Part shown: piece after piece, positions 9,086 through 18,176 of the stretch | How the letters are laid out: each line of letters begins with the position of its first letter | How positions within the stretch are numbered: the stretch's first letter is position 1 | Assembly: GCA_965243025.1 (NCBI GenBank) | Contig: CBDETY010000003.1 | Span: forward strand, 32,001 to 96,000 | Reading direction: 5' to 3' | From: Candidatus Latescibacterota bacterium | Lineage (GTDB): Bacteria > Latescibacterota > UBA2968 > UBA8231 | DNA: 64,000 bases | Notes under the pieces: model-generated | The model's input: the letters and a program-made list of their open reading frames with translations, nothing else | What the model was told of the DNA's origin: nothing | Databases searched by the model: none | Translations under genes and position numbers: made by a program

Positions 9086-10096
9086 TCAGGGGCGGAAGAG
9101 GTTGACGCTGAAGCGCCGCCTGGAGTCGAACCACTGGCGCTCGAGGATCATCCCCGCTGCGGCTGCGAGCGCCTCGATCTCCGCCGTTGAATACTTGTAG
9201 GAGTTCTCGGTGTGGATGGTCTCGCCGTCGGCGAACCCGATTTCGAGGTCCAGCCCCTCTATGGCGACGGTCTGGGCCCCGGCGCTCTCGAGGTGCATCT
9301 CGACGCGCCCGGGCTGCGCGTCCCAGACTGCGCGGTGGCGGAACCGCTCGAGGTCGAACCGCCCCCCGAGGTCGCGGTTGATGCGCTCCAGGATGTTCCT
9401 GTTGAAGCGTGCCGTCACCCCCTCGCGGTCGTCGTAGGCGGCTTCGAGCACGGCCCCGTCCTTGCGCAGGTCGATCCCGGCGAGAAAGCGGTCTCCCGGG
9501 GACATGGCGGCGCGCACCCCGGCGATGAAGTCGGCGGCTTCCGCCCGCTCGAAGTTGCCGACGTTCGAACCCAGCCACAGGATCAGCCGCGGTTCCCCGG
9601 GGTGCTGCCGGAGGAATTCCAGCCCGTCCCCGTACTCCCCGGCGACGGCGAGAATTTCCAGGTTCTCGAACTCCCCGGTCAGCGCGGCCGAGCTTTCCTC
9701 CAGGGCGGACCGCGAGATGTCGACGGGAATGAAACGCAGGCTTCCCTGGCGCTCGATCAGGGCCCTGATCAGCAGCCGCGTCTTGACCGCCGAGCCGCTG
9801 CCGAGCTCGACGAGAGTGACGCCGCCGGCGAAAAGGGCGGCGATCTCAGCGGCCCGCTCCGCCAGGATGGCGTGCTCCGCCCGGGTCAGGTAGTACTCGG
9901 GGAGGCGGCAGATCTCCTCGAACAGCTTCGAGCCGGCCTCGTCGTAGAAGTAGCGGCAGGACAGCCGCTTCGGTGAGGCGGTCAGGCCGGCCCTGACGTC
10001 GCCGGCGAAATCGTCGGAGTGGACGCGGCCGTCCGCGGCCAGAAGAATGACCGGACCGGCGGCGGTGGAGGCGGGCTGGACGGCAAAGCGTGCGAT
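9086..10096 (-). CDS. egtD: L-histidine N-alpha-methyltransferase (hercynine-forming)
   Basis: GLTASPKRLSCRYFYDEAGSKLFEEICRLPEYYLTRAE, VELGSGSAVKT, LGSNVGNF, AAYDDREGVTARFN and GETIHTENSYKY. The start codon is unclear (in-frame ATC at 10096, GTG at 10216, or a frameshift). Confidence 0.92.
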   Translation of the reverse strand: MARFAVQPASTAAGPVILLAADGRVHSDDFAGDVRAGLTASPKRLSCRYFYDEAGSKLFEEICRLPEYYLTRAEHAILAERAAEIAALFAGGVTLVELGSGSAVKTRLLIRALIERQGSLRFIPVDISRSALEESSAALTGEFENLEILAVAGEYGDGLEFLRQHPGEPRLILWLGSNVGNFERAEAADFIAGVRAAMSPGDRFLAGIDLRKDGAVLEAAYDDREGVTARFNRNILERINRDLGGRFDLERFRHRAVWDAQPGRVEMHLESAGAQTVAIEGLDLEIGFADGETIHTENSYKYSTAEIEALAAAAGMILERQWFDSRRRFSVNLFRP

Positions 10097-10112
10097 CGCT
10101 CGGGCTCCCGGG

Positions 10113-11633
10113 TTACTCCACCGGCTCGAGCCGCAGGCCTTTCGGCACCAGCACCCGCTCGGAAAGCTCGAACAGCCCCTGCACCGCCAGGGCGAGGAGC
10201 GCCGCGGGAATCGCACCCTCCATGATCAGCCGGTTGTCGGCGAGCCGCAGGCCGGTCATGATCGGCTGCCCGTAGCCGCCGGCGCCGATGAAGGCCCCGA
10301 TGGTGGCGAAGCCGACGTTGATGACCGCCGAGGTCTTGATGCCGGCCAGGATCGAGCGCGAAGCGAGGGGGAGCTCGATGCGCCGCAGCCGCACCCGCGG
10401 CGGCAGGCCGAGGGCGGCGGCCGACTCCATAAGCGGCCCCGGTATGTCGCGGAGGCCGGTGCAGGTGTTGCGCACGATCGGCAGCAGGCTGTAGAGGAAG
10501 AGGGCGGCGATGGCCGGGGGTTCGCCGATGCCGAACGGCTGGATCATGAACACCAGCAGGGCGAGGGCCGGCAGCGTCTGGATGACCCCCGTCATCCCGA
10601 GGATGACCTGCCCGAGCCGCGCCCACTTTGCCGCGAGGATCCCCAGCGGCAGGGAGACGGCGATGGCCGCGGCCAGCGAGATCCCGGTCAGGGCGAGGTG
10701 CTCACGCGTGCGCCGCAGCAGGCGGTCCCACAAGGTGGTCTCGACGACCTCGCTTTCGACCTTCAGGGCCCCGGCGAGGAAGTCGGCGGCGACCTGCGCC
10801 TCGGGCACGAGGTCGAGCTTGGCGCGGCCGTTCAGACCCGACATGGTCCTGTCGTCGATGAGCCCCTCGAGCCGGAGGATCGACTGCACCGCCTCCGGGG
10901 CCCTGGCGGCGATGTCGGAGCGGTAGAGGACGACGGCGTTGTAGGCCGGGAAGTGGCCCAGGTCGTCGGCCAGCGTCCGCAGGTTGTAGAACTCGATCTC
11001 GGCATCGGTCGAGTACAGGTCGGTGACGTCGATGTCCCCGGACTCGAGCCCGCGGTAGGCGAGGTCGTGCTGCAGCCCCTGCACGTCGCGGTGCGGCAGG
11101 CCGTAGCGGTCGCGCAGGCTGGGCCAGCCGTCGCCGCGGTCGAGGAACTCGTTGCTGAAGCCGAAGCGCAGGCCGGGCTGCTTCTTCAGGTCGGATATGG
11201 TCCGCATCCCGAGGCTGTCGGCGAGCGCCTCCGGCATCCCCATGGCGTAGGTGTTGTTGAAGCCGATCGGGCGGCTCATCGACAGGCCGTGCTCGGCGAG
11301 GGCGGCGGGGATCGCCTCCTCGCCGCCGAGGTTGCGGCCGGACAGGATCTCCTGGCTGATCGTCCCCGTGTACTCGGGGTAGGCGTCGAGGTCGCCGCGC
11401 AGCAGGGCCTCCCACAGGACCCGGGTGCCGCCAAGCTCGCGCTGATGGTCGACCTCGGCCCCGGAAGCCGCGGCGAGCTGCGCCGCCATCTCGCCGAGAA
11501 TGACGTTCTCGGTGAACGCCTTGGAGCCGACGCGGATCTGCGGAGCCTCGGCGCCGTCTCCCGGACCCGCGGTCCCCGCCAGGAGCAGGGAGGCAACTGC
11601 GGCCATGGCGGCGTTCTGGCCGAAAGGGCTCAT
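10113..11633 (-). CDS. Fused substrate-binding/permease subunit of an OpuB/EgtU-type betaine ABC transporter
   Basis: Signal peptide, SBP motifs GSKAFTE, YPEYTGT, GFNNTYAM and DLYSTD; C-terminal permease with EAA-like motif (ESAAALG) and ATIGAFIGAGGYG. Confidence 0.9.
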   Translation of the reverse strand: MSPFGQNAAMAAVASLLLAGTAGPGDGAEAPQIRVGSKAFTENVILGEMAAQLAAASGAEVDHQRELGGTRVLWEALLRGDLDAYPEYTGTISQEILSGRNLGGEEAIPAALAEHGLSMSRPIGFNNTYAMGMPEALADSLGMRTISDLKKQPGLRFGFSNEFLDRGDGWPSLRDRYGLPHRDVQGLQHDLAYRGLESGDIDVTDLYSTDAEIEFYNLRTLADDLGHFPAYNAVVLYRSDIAARAPEAVQSILRLEGLIDDRTMSGLNGRAKLDLVPEAQVAADFLAGALKVESEVVETTLWDRLLRRTREHLALTGISLAAAIAVSLPLGILAAKWARLGQVILGMTGVIQTLPALALLVFMIQPFGIGEPPAIAALFLYSLLPIVRNTCTGLRDIPGPLMESAAALGLPPRVRLRRIELPLASRSILAGIKTSAVINVGFATIGAFIGAGGYGQPIMTGLRLADNRLIMEGAIPAALLALAVQGLFELSERVLVPKGLRLEPVE

Positions 11634-12379
11634 GACTCCCCTCCGAGAACCTCCAGCGGCGTCCGCTGCGCGTTGATGAACCGGGACACGAACGGATCGG
11701 CCGGCGATTCGACCAGGTCCTGCAGCGACCCCTGCTGCACGATCTCCCCCTCCCGCAGGAGCACGAGACGGTCGCCGAGGAATCCGGCCTCGCCGATGTC
11801 GTGGGTGACGGCGACCACGGTTTTGCGCAGGGCCCTGAAGATGTCGCGCAGGTCTCCCTGCAGCTCGGAGCGGACAATGGGATCGAGGGCGCCCAGCGGC
11901 TCGTCGAGGAGCAGCACTTCCGGATCGAGCATCAGCGCCCGCATCAGGCTGACCCGCTGCTTCTGGCCGCCGGAAAGCTGCGCCGGGAAGCGGTCGAGCC
12001 CGTCGAAGGGAAAGCGGGTCAGCTCGGCCAGCTCGCCCAGGCGTGCCTCGACGCGGCCCTCGTCCCAGCCGAGGTGGCGCGCCAGCAGGGCGGCGTTGTC
12101 GCGCGCGCTCAGGTGCGGGAACAGGCCCCCGTCCTGGATCACGTACCCCATGTGGCGGCGCAGCTCGAGCACATCGGCGTCTTCGACCGCCCTGCCGTCG
12201 AAGGAGACGGTCCCCGTGTCCGGGGGGATCAGGCAGATCATCAGGCGCAGCAGCGTCGACTTGCCGCAGCCGCTCGGGCCGATCAGCACCGTGGTGACCC
12301 CGGCCTCGACGGTCAGGTCGGTCGGGCGCAGGGCGAGGGTGGCGCCGAACGACTTCGAGACGCCGGTCAGCTGCAGCAT
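11630..12379 (-). CDS. OpuA/ProV-type ABC ATP-binding subunit
   Basis: GPSGCGKST, GYVIQDGGLFPH, LSGGQKQRV and LLLDEPLGALD; ATGA overlap with the next gene. Confidence 0.92.
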   Translation of the reverse strand: MLQLTGVSKSFGATLALRPTDLTVEAGVTTVLIGPSGCGKSTLLRLMICLIPPDTGTVSFDGRAVEDADVLELRRHMGYVIQDGGLFPHLSARDNAALLARHLGWDEGRVEARLGELAELTRFPFDGLDRFPAQLSGGQKQRVSLMRALMLDPEVLLLDEPLGALDPIVRSELQGDLRDIFRALRKTVVAVTHDIGEAGFLGDRLVLLREGEIVQQGSLQDLVESPADPFVSRFINAQRTPLEVLGGES

Positions 12380-12551
12380 GCTTTTCTGTCCGCTTTCAAC
12401 TGGAAATCAGACGGGGCCGGGGCCTGATCCTGCCGTCGCTGATCACGGGCTGGGTCGGAGGTTTGATTTTGTTTCGGGAAAGGGACACGTCCCGCACGGG
12501 CCGGATGGGGCGGCGGGAACGCGAACCGGAGGCTCCTGCCGGGGGGCGCCT

Positions 12552-12580
12552 AGAATAGCCACGGCCCCGGGGACCGGCAA
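12552..12580 (-). promoter_or_regulatory. Putative sigma70 promoter of the ABC-egtD operon
   Basis: Minus strand TTGCCG-N17-TATTCT. Confidence 0.5.
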
Positions 12581-12626
12581 CTTTCGGCGCGGTCCCAGGC
12601 GGGAGTTCCGCGGCCTGGCCGGAAAA

Positions 12627-12804
12627 AGCCGGGTGCGGGGAAGGACCGTCGGCCGGGCTGCTCGGTACAGGACAGGAACCCGCTCCCGGGGCAATAACCG
12701 GGGACCGTGAAAGCCTGCCTCGCCAGCGGCCCGCAACTTGCTGCTGTGGGAGTCACAGAATGCCGCCGCAACAGCCGGGTGCGGGGCAGGACCGCTGTCC
12801 GGGC
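12627..12804. repeat. Imperfect intergenic direct repeat
   Basis: AGCCGGGTGCGGGG(A/C)AGGACCG-N4-CCGGGC at 12627-12658 and 12773-12804; CCGGGGACCG also occurs twice (12567, 12698). Confidence 0.6.
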
Positions 12805-12859
12805 GAAACCGGTGCGCGGGAAACAACCGCCCCGTCAGCCGCCGCCCTGTTGAAAACGG

Positions 12860-13633
12860 TCAGAGCAGCCGGCGCAGCCGGACCATGCGCAGCACCCAGA
12901 AGGCCCCCAGGGCCGCGAACAGGTGCTTCAGGGTATGGCCGCTGACGAAACCCACCGCTTCGTACACCGCCAGATCCAACAGCTCGGCCGCTTTCGCCAG
13001 CACGTAGAACAGGGCCGCCAGGTAGAAGTCGGACCCGCGCGTGTACGGCGACGGCAGCAGGCGGACCATGAGGGGTACGAACAGGAGCGGGTAGCCCTGG
13101 GCGACGATGTAGTAGCGCAGGTCTCCGGCTCCGGCGCGCTCGGTGAAATACCAGTAGAGAACGCTGAAGATGCCGAAGGCGATCAGCGGCAGCAGGGAGA
13201 CGATGCCGGCGCGCCGGTCGAGGCGCTCGGCGAGGACCGCGGAGAGAAAGGCCATGAAGGCGATGCTGATCGGCAGGCGGTCCCAAAGCAGGGTTTCGTT
13301 GGAGGGGTCGAGGTGATACCAGGAGGAGCCCAGGCCCACCAAGGCCACCGAGAGAAAGAGGACCTGGTACGCCAGCGAGTCGGCGGGGCGCAGGAACGCC
13401 TGCTGCTGCGGGTCTCCGGAAAGGCGGAACACCGCGCCGAATCCCCACAGACCCACCAGCAGGAAGGGGAGGTTGGAGATGACGTTGAGGCAGTGCGGGA
13501 TTCCGAGCAGGGTGCGCTGGTCTGCGAACCCGTGGTAGGCGGGGTCCTGCGGGATCGGCGCCTGCAGGAAGACCGCGGCCCAGAAGGCGACCGTCAGGCA
13601 GGCGAGCAGCCGCAGGCGGTGGTCGCGCTTCAT
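12860..13633 (-). CDS. Ceramidase-like (alkaline phytoceramidase/CREST family) membrane protein
   Basis: PIPQDPAYHGFADQR, NVISNLPF, GSSWYH, WDRLP and SGHTLKH (CREST-type His motifs); about 7 TM segments. Confidence 0.8.
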   Translation of the reverse strand: MKRDHRLRLLACLTVAFWAAVFLQAPIPQDPAYHGFADQRTLLGIPHCLNVISNLPFLLVGLWGFGAVFRLSGDPQQQAFLRPADSLAYQVLFLSVALVGLGSSWYHLDPSNETLLWDRLPISIAFMAFLSAVLAERLDRRAGIVSLLPLIAFGIFSVLYWYFTERAGAGDLRYYIVAQGYPLLFVPLMVRLLPSPYTRGSDFYLAALFYVLAKAAELLDLAVYEAVGFVSGHTLKHLFAALGAFWVLRMVRLRRLL

Positions 13634-13645
13634 CTGGCGGCGCGG

Positions 13646-14074
13646 TCAGCCGGAGGATGAGGGGGAGTCGGAGCCCTGCCGCGCCCCGTAGGGGACCTCG
13701 CAGGCCTCCTCGGCGCACTCGACCCGGCCGAACCGGTGGCGGTTGCGGGCGACGAGGCCGTACCCCGCGCGGAACAGCTGCCTGATTACCGGCAGGCGGT
13801 AGACCCAGGTGAGCAGGTGCCAGGGCGGGAGCCGGCGGTAGATCTCGTACACCGCGTCCGCCCCGACGTCGACCCGGCCGCCGTCGTGGATCAGGCGCAG
13901 CCCGGTGTTGAAGTCGGAACTCGCGAGGACGGGAAACCGCTCCTCGATGCCGGCGGTCTGGCGCGGCAGGTACTCGAAGCGGCCGTTGCGGTCGAAGCGG
14001 CGGATGCGGCCCAGGCTCCAGAGGCAGAACCGGCATTCGCCGTCGTACACGATTGCGGGGCGGGGGTCGCTCAT
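13646..14074 (-). CDS. DCC1-like thiol-disulfide oxidoreductase (DUF393)
   Basis: YDGECRFC (DxxCxxC) and YGLVARNRHRF. TTGCGC-N16-TATCTT ends 6 nt before the ATG, so the mRNA may be leaderless. Confidence 0.85.
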   Translation of the reverse strand: MSDPRPAIVYDGECRFCLWSLGRIRRFDRNGRFEYLPRQTAGIEERFPVLASSDFNTGLRLIHDGGRVDVGADAVYEIYRRLPPWHLLTWVYRLPVIRQLFRAGYGLVARNRHRFGRVECAEEACEVPYGARQGSDSPSSSG

Positions 14075-14300
14075 GCCTTCAAGATAGCGAGCCTGAAATC
14101 CGGCGCAAACCGCCCGGCGCACCGGGGCGTCGCTCCATCTCACACTGCCGCAACGGGTTGAGCTGTCCCGATTCATTGTCTGGAACTGCGGTCAGGCGAA
14201 AGCGGGGCAGGCGTCCGCGTCCTGTTGTTGAACCACTGCCGGGCAGTCGCCGGATTGCCCATTGCCCTGAAGGTTTCGCCTGTCGCCGGCCGCGGCCTCT

Positions 14301-15758
14301 TCAGCCAGGGGGCGCCGTGAACCGCAGGCTGTACAGGTCGGCGTCGCTGAGTGCGAAACGCAGGCGCACCGGTATGCCGGCCAGGGCGCTGACGTCGGCG
14401 GCGCCCTTCCAGGTGACCGTGCGCTCCAGGAAGTCGCCGTAGATCTCGTCGCAGTCGCGCAGGGCGTACTCCTTCAGCGCCCTGCCGCCGCCGTCCTGGA
14501 TCTCGACGCGGACCGAGCCGGCCGCGGAGGTGGCCGCGTTCAGGCTCAGGGCGGCGCCTGCGAAAGTGAAGGGCCGCGTGATCAGCTCGCCCCCCTTCAG
14601 CGGGGCGTTGGCGGACACGAACCCGTCCAGGCGCAGGGTGAAGCGCCGCAGCCGGCAGGCGTCGCCGCGGTAGTAGCCCTCGGTGGTGAAGATCGACAGC
14701 TCCCTGGGCGCCGTCGGCAGGTCGCTGGCCGTCTCCAGGATGCCCCAGGCCGTCATGTTGTTGCGGTTCTCCCAGCGCTCCGGCTGCAGCCCGGGCCGCA
14801 CGAAAGCCTCGCTCCAGCGCTTGAAGCGCAGGCCGTCGCGGCTGGTCATGTACACGGCGTCGGAGACGCCGCGGGCGGTGTTGCCGGGCAGACCGCGGTC
14901 AGGCACGAAGCGCTTGGGGAAGCCCATGCAGATGTGCGGGGCCCGGTGGTAGGGGGTCACGGCATTCGTGTAGAGGTGCTCGACAGGGGCGTCGCCGAAG
15001 TCGAGCCACCGCGGTTTCGTCCAGCGGCGGAAGTCCTTCGAGGTGCAGGTCATGATGTTGCGCACGCGCACGCCGTCCGGGTAGATGGAGTCGCGGTGGT
15101 AGTCGACGTAGCAGCCGCGCAGAGGGTCGTAGAAGGCGAGGTTCAGCGAGTCGAAGGCGCCCACGGTGATCACCGGCTTCTCCGACAGCAGGCTCCAGTG
15201 CACGCCGTCCGGCGACTTGAAGGCGTACAGGGCCTGCTCGCCGGCGGTGCGGGCGCGGGCGCTGCCCAGGGCCTTGTAATCCTCGCCTTCCCGGCAGTCG
15301 GGGTTGCGGTCGCGGAAGGGCGCGAAGTTGTGCGCCCCGATGCCGTCCCAGACGATGTTGTTGCGCGTCGTACCCTGGAAGTTGACCAGACCCAGCTCCG
15401 GCCGGTGCCACTCGATGCCGTCGCGGCTTTCGGCGCAGCACACGACCGGCCGGTAGTGGTTGCCTGAGGGGTCGTAGTGGGAGCCGCGGTAGTAGGCGCG
15501 GAACAGCCTGCCGTCCCGGAACACCGTGTGGTAGGCGCTGGTGTTGCCCTCCCAGGGCACGTCGTGGTCGATCGCCACGTTCCGCGGCACCGGTTTGTTC
15601 AGGCGGAGCTCGACGCCGGACAGCCGCTCGATCAGGTAGTCGTCGACGAACAGCTCGCGCCTGTCCCCCAGCTCGATGACGCCGGCCGGGGCGGTCTTCA
15701 CCCGGGCCCTTCCGGCCGTTCTCTTCGTTGTTGCCTTCTCTGCCTTCCTCCTGGCCAT
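14301..15758 (-). CDS. Putative five-bladed beta-propeller glycoside-hydrolase-like protein
   Basis: RELFVDDYLI, repeated Asp-box motifs (ESRDGIEW, KSPDGVHW, TSKDFRRW, TSRDGLRF) and C-terminal LRLDGFVS...LYSLRF. No signal peptide. Confidence 0.65.
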   Translation of the reverse strand: MARRKAEKATTKRTAGRARVKTAPAGVIELGDRRELFVDDYLIERLSGVELRLNKPVPRNVAIDHDVPWEGNTSAYHTVFRDGRLFRAYYRGSHYDPSGNHYRPVVCCAESRDGIEWHRPELGLVNFQGTTRNNIVWDGIGAHNFAPFRDRNPDCREGEDYKALGSARARTAGEQALYAFKSPDGVHWSLLSEKPVITVGAFDSLNLAFYDPLRGCYVDYHRDSIYPDGVRVRNIMTCTSKDFRRWTKPRWLDFGDAPVEHLYTNAVTPYHRAPHICMGFPKRFVPDRGLPGNTARGVSDAVYMTSRDGLRFKRWSEAFVRPGLQPERWENRNNMTAWGILETASDLPTAPRELSIFTTEGYYRGDACRLRRFTLRLDGFVSANAPLKGGELITRPFTFAGAALSLNAATSAAGSVRVEIQDGGGRALKEYALRDCDEIYGDFLERTVTWKGAADVSALAGIPVRLRFALSDADLYSLRFTAPPG

Positions 15759-16090
15759 CTCAGGTTTTCCTCTGGATTTTGATTCCACCCCGCCGGGCAA
15801 TTGTTCCGGCGGCATCTCCGCCGCCAAACGATAGCCGAATGACTCTGCGGGAAACAGGCGGCCGCAGCGCAGGACTGCTGACAGGTTCGCTGGTGGTCTT
15901 GATTGTATCCGTGGTCAGTTGTAGATGGGTACCCGCCCTTACCACTGAGCTGTAGCGTTTCGGACAGCCACGCTTCAGTGCCGCTCTGCCTCACAAAGGC
16001 GACGAGGAAAAGCAGAACCGATGACCATCACGTCACCCGAATTCAGTTACCCCAGTGCCCGGTCGGAGCCGCCGGAGTGAAAGCATACAG

Positions 16091-16876
16091 GTGAGAGACG
16101 ACTCCAGAGGTTATCCCGAGGCCGTACCCGTCCGGCAGGGGTACGCCCGCTGGTCCGGGACTTACGATACCCAGGACAATCCCATGATCGTCCTGGAGGA
16201 GCCCCTGGTGCGGTCCCTCCTGGGGGACGTCCGGGAGCTCACGGTCGCCGACATCGGCTGCGGCACGGGACGCCACACCCTCTACCTGGCGGAAGCGGGG
16301 GCAAGGGTAACCGCGGTCGACTTCGCTCCGGAAATGATGGCGCGTGCCATCGGAAAGGCGGAGGGCGGCAACGTGCGGTTCGTTACCCACGATTTGACCG
16401 AACCCTTCCCGTTCGACAGGGACAGCTTCGATCGCGTCCTCTGCTGCCTCGTTCTCGAGCACATCTCCGACCTGGACCCGGTGATCGCAGAGATGGGGGG
16501 GATCTGCCGGCCGGGAGGGTTCATCGTCATCTCGGAACTCCACCCGGCCATGCGTCTCCGCCGCCTGCAGGCCCGCTTCACCGATACCGGGACGGGCCGG
16601 AAGGTCAACGTCGAGAGCTATCCCCACCTGATCGCGGACTATGTCAATGCAGCCGTGAAAGCCGGGCTGCGTATCGACCGCATCGAGGAGCATCCTGCCG
16701 ACGAATCCCTGCTCGAGAGGTCCCCGAGGGCGAAGGAGTACTGGACCGGGTTCCGGGAGGATTTCGATCTTGGCTGGCCGATGCTGTTGCTGATGAAGTT
16801 GGGGAAACCTCCAACCCGCCCCGAACAAGGCACCGGCGTTGCCCACAACCCAGGGGCCGGGAGCCACCAGGGATAA
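16091..16876 (+). CDS. Class I SAM-dependent methyltransferase
   Basis: ADIGCGTGRH, VDFAPEM, FDRVLCCLVLEH and RPGG; start uncertain. Confidence 0.88.
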   Translation: MRDDSRGYPEAVPVRQGYARWSGTYDTQDNPMIVLEEPLVRSLLGDVRELTVADIGCGTGRHTLYLAEAGARVTAVDFAPEMMARAIGKAEGGNVRFVTHDLTEPFPFDRDSFDRVLCCLVLEHISDLDPVIAEMGGICRPGGFIVISELHPAMRLRRLQARFTDTGTGRKVNVESYPHLIADYVNAAVKAGLRIDRIEEHPADESLLERSPRAKEYWTGFREDFDLGWPMLLLMKLGKPPTRPEQGTGVAHNPGAGSHQG

Positions 16877-16892
16877 ACGCAGGATACAGTCC

Positions 16893-18152
16893 ATGGCAAA
16901 AAAACGCGGCAGACAGAATCCAATCCGGGTCGGCGTGGTCGGCGTCGGCCGCGGCAGGTCCTTCATGCAGGCGGCCTCGGCGACCGGTATGGAGCTGGTC
17001 GCCATCTGCGACACCTGGGAGGAGCGCCTCCTTGCGGAGGGAAAGGCGCTCGACGTGCAGACATACCTCGACTACGACGAGTTCCTCGGCTGCGACATGG
17101 ACGCGGTGGTGCTGGCCAACTACTTCCACCAGCACGCCCCGTTCGCCGTCAGGGCGCTCGACTCCGGCAGGCACGTGATGAGCGAGACCGCCGCCTGCCA
17201 CACCCTGGGGGAAGGCGTCGCCCTGGCGCGGGCGGTGGAGAAAAGCGGCAGGACCTACATGTTCGCCGAGAACTACCCCTACATGGTCTTCAACCAGGAG
17301 ATGAAGCGGCTCTACCGGAAGGGCCGCGTCGGCGAGTTCAAGTACGGCGAGGGGGAGTACGTCCACCCGGACCCCCCCGAGGTGAAGCTGGCGCGCAGCT
17401 GCGGGCGCGACCACTGGCGCAACTGGATCCCCGCCACCTACTACTGCACCCACTCCATCGCCCCGGTCATGTACATCACCGACACCCGGCCGGTGAAGGT
17501 GAACGGCTTCGTCATCCCCTTCGATTTCGCCGACCGCACCCAGACGCTGCACATGAACCGGGGGGACACTGCCGCGGTGATCATCTGCCGCATGGACAAC
17601 GACGCGGTGATGAAGTCGCTGCACGGCGGGCTGCGCGGCCACGGCAACTACGTCCGCATCCACGGCAACAGGGGGGTGATGGAAAACTGCCGCCACGGCG
17701 ACCGGCAGCGGCTGCGCGTCTGGTACGAGCCGTGGGAAAAGCGCAGGAGCGATCCGGTCGAAACCGTGTACAGGCCCGACTTCCCCGCGCACCATGCCAG
17801 GGCTGCCCGCACCGGACACGGCGGCGGCGACTTTTTCACCACCTGGCACTTCGCCGAGGCGATCCGCAGCGGCGAGCCGCCCTACCTCGACGTGTACCGC
17901 GGCATCGACATGAGCATCGCCGGGATCCAGGCCTGGCGTTCGGCGCTGAACGACTCGGCGCCGATGGAGGTGCCGGACTTCCGCCGCGAGTCGGTGCGCA
18001 GGAAGTACGCCGGGGACGACTGGTCGCCGGACCCGGAGCGCAAAAAGAGGGGTCAGCCGCCCAGCAGTGTTCTTGGCGCAATCGAACCGGACGCGGAAGC
18101 CGGGAAGCTCGCCCGCAAGGTCTGGAGGGAACAGGGCTACCTGGGCGATTGA
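16893..18152 (+). CDS. Gfo/Idh/MocA family oxidoreductase
   Basis: IRVGVVGVGRG, DAVVLANYFHQH, HVMSET, YCTHS and GHGGGD. Confidence 0.88.
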   Translation: MAKKRGRQNPIRVGVVGVGRGRSFMQAASATGMELVAICDTWEERLLAEGKALDVQTYLDYDEFLGCDMDAVVLANYFHQHAPFAVRALDSGRHVMSETAACHTLGEGVALARAVEKSGRTYMFAENYPYMVFNQEMKRLYRKGRVGEFKYGEGEYVHPDPPEVKLARSCGRDHWRNWIPATYYCTHSIAPVMYITDTRPVKVNGFVIPFDFADRTQTLHMNRGDTAAVIICRMDNDAVMKSLHGGLRGHGNYVRIHGNRGVMENCRHGDRQRLRVWYEPWEKRRSDPVETVYRPDFPAHHARAARTGHGGGDFFTTWHFAEAIRSGEPPYLDVYRGIDMSIAGIQAWRSALNDSAPMEVPDFRRESVRRKYAGDDWSPDPERKKRGQPPSSVLGAIEPDAEAGKLARKVWREQGYLGD

Positions 18153-18176
18153 GCGGTCCACCCTGATGCGCAAGGG

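Noticed and set aside
12567-12804. CRISPR array
   Set aside because: Only two imperfect copies, spacing far longer than a spacer, and no cas genes.
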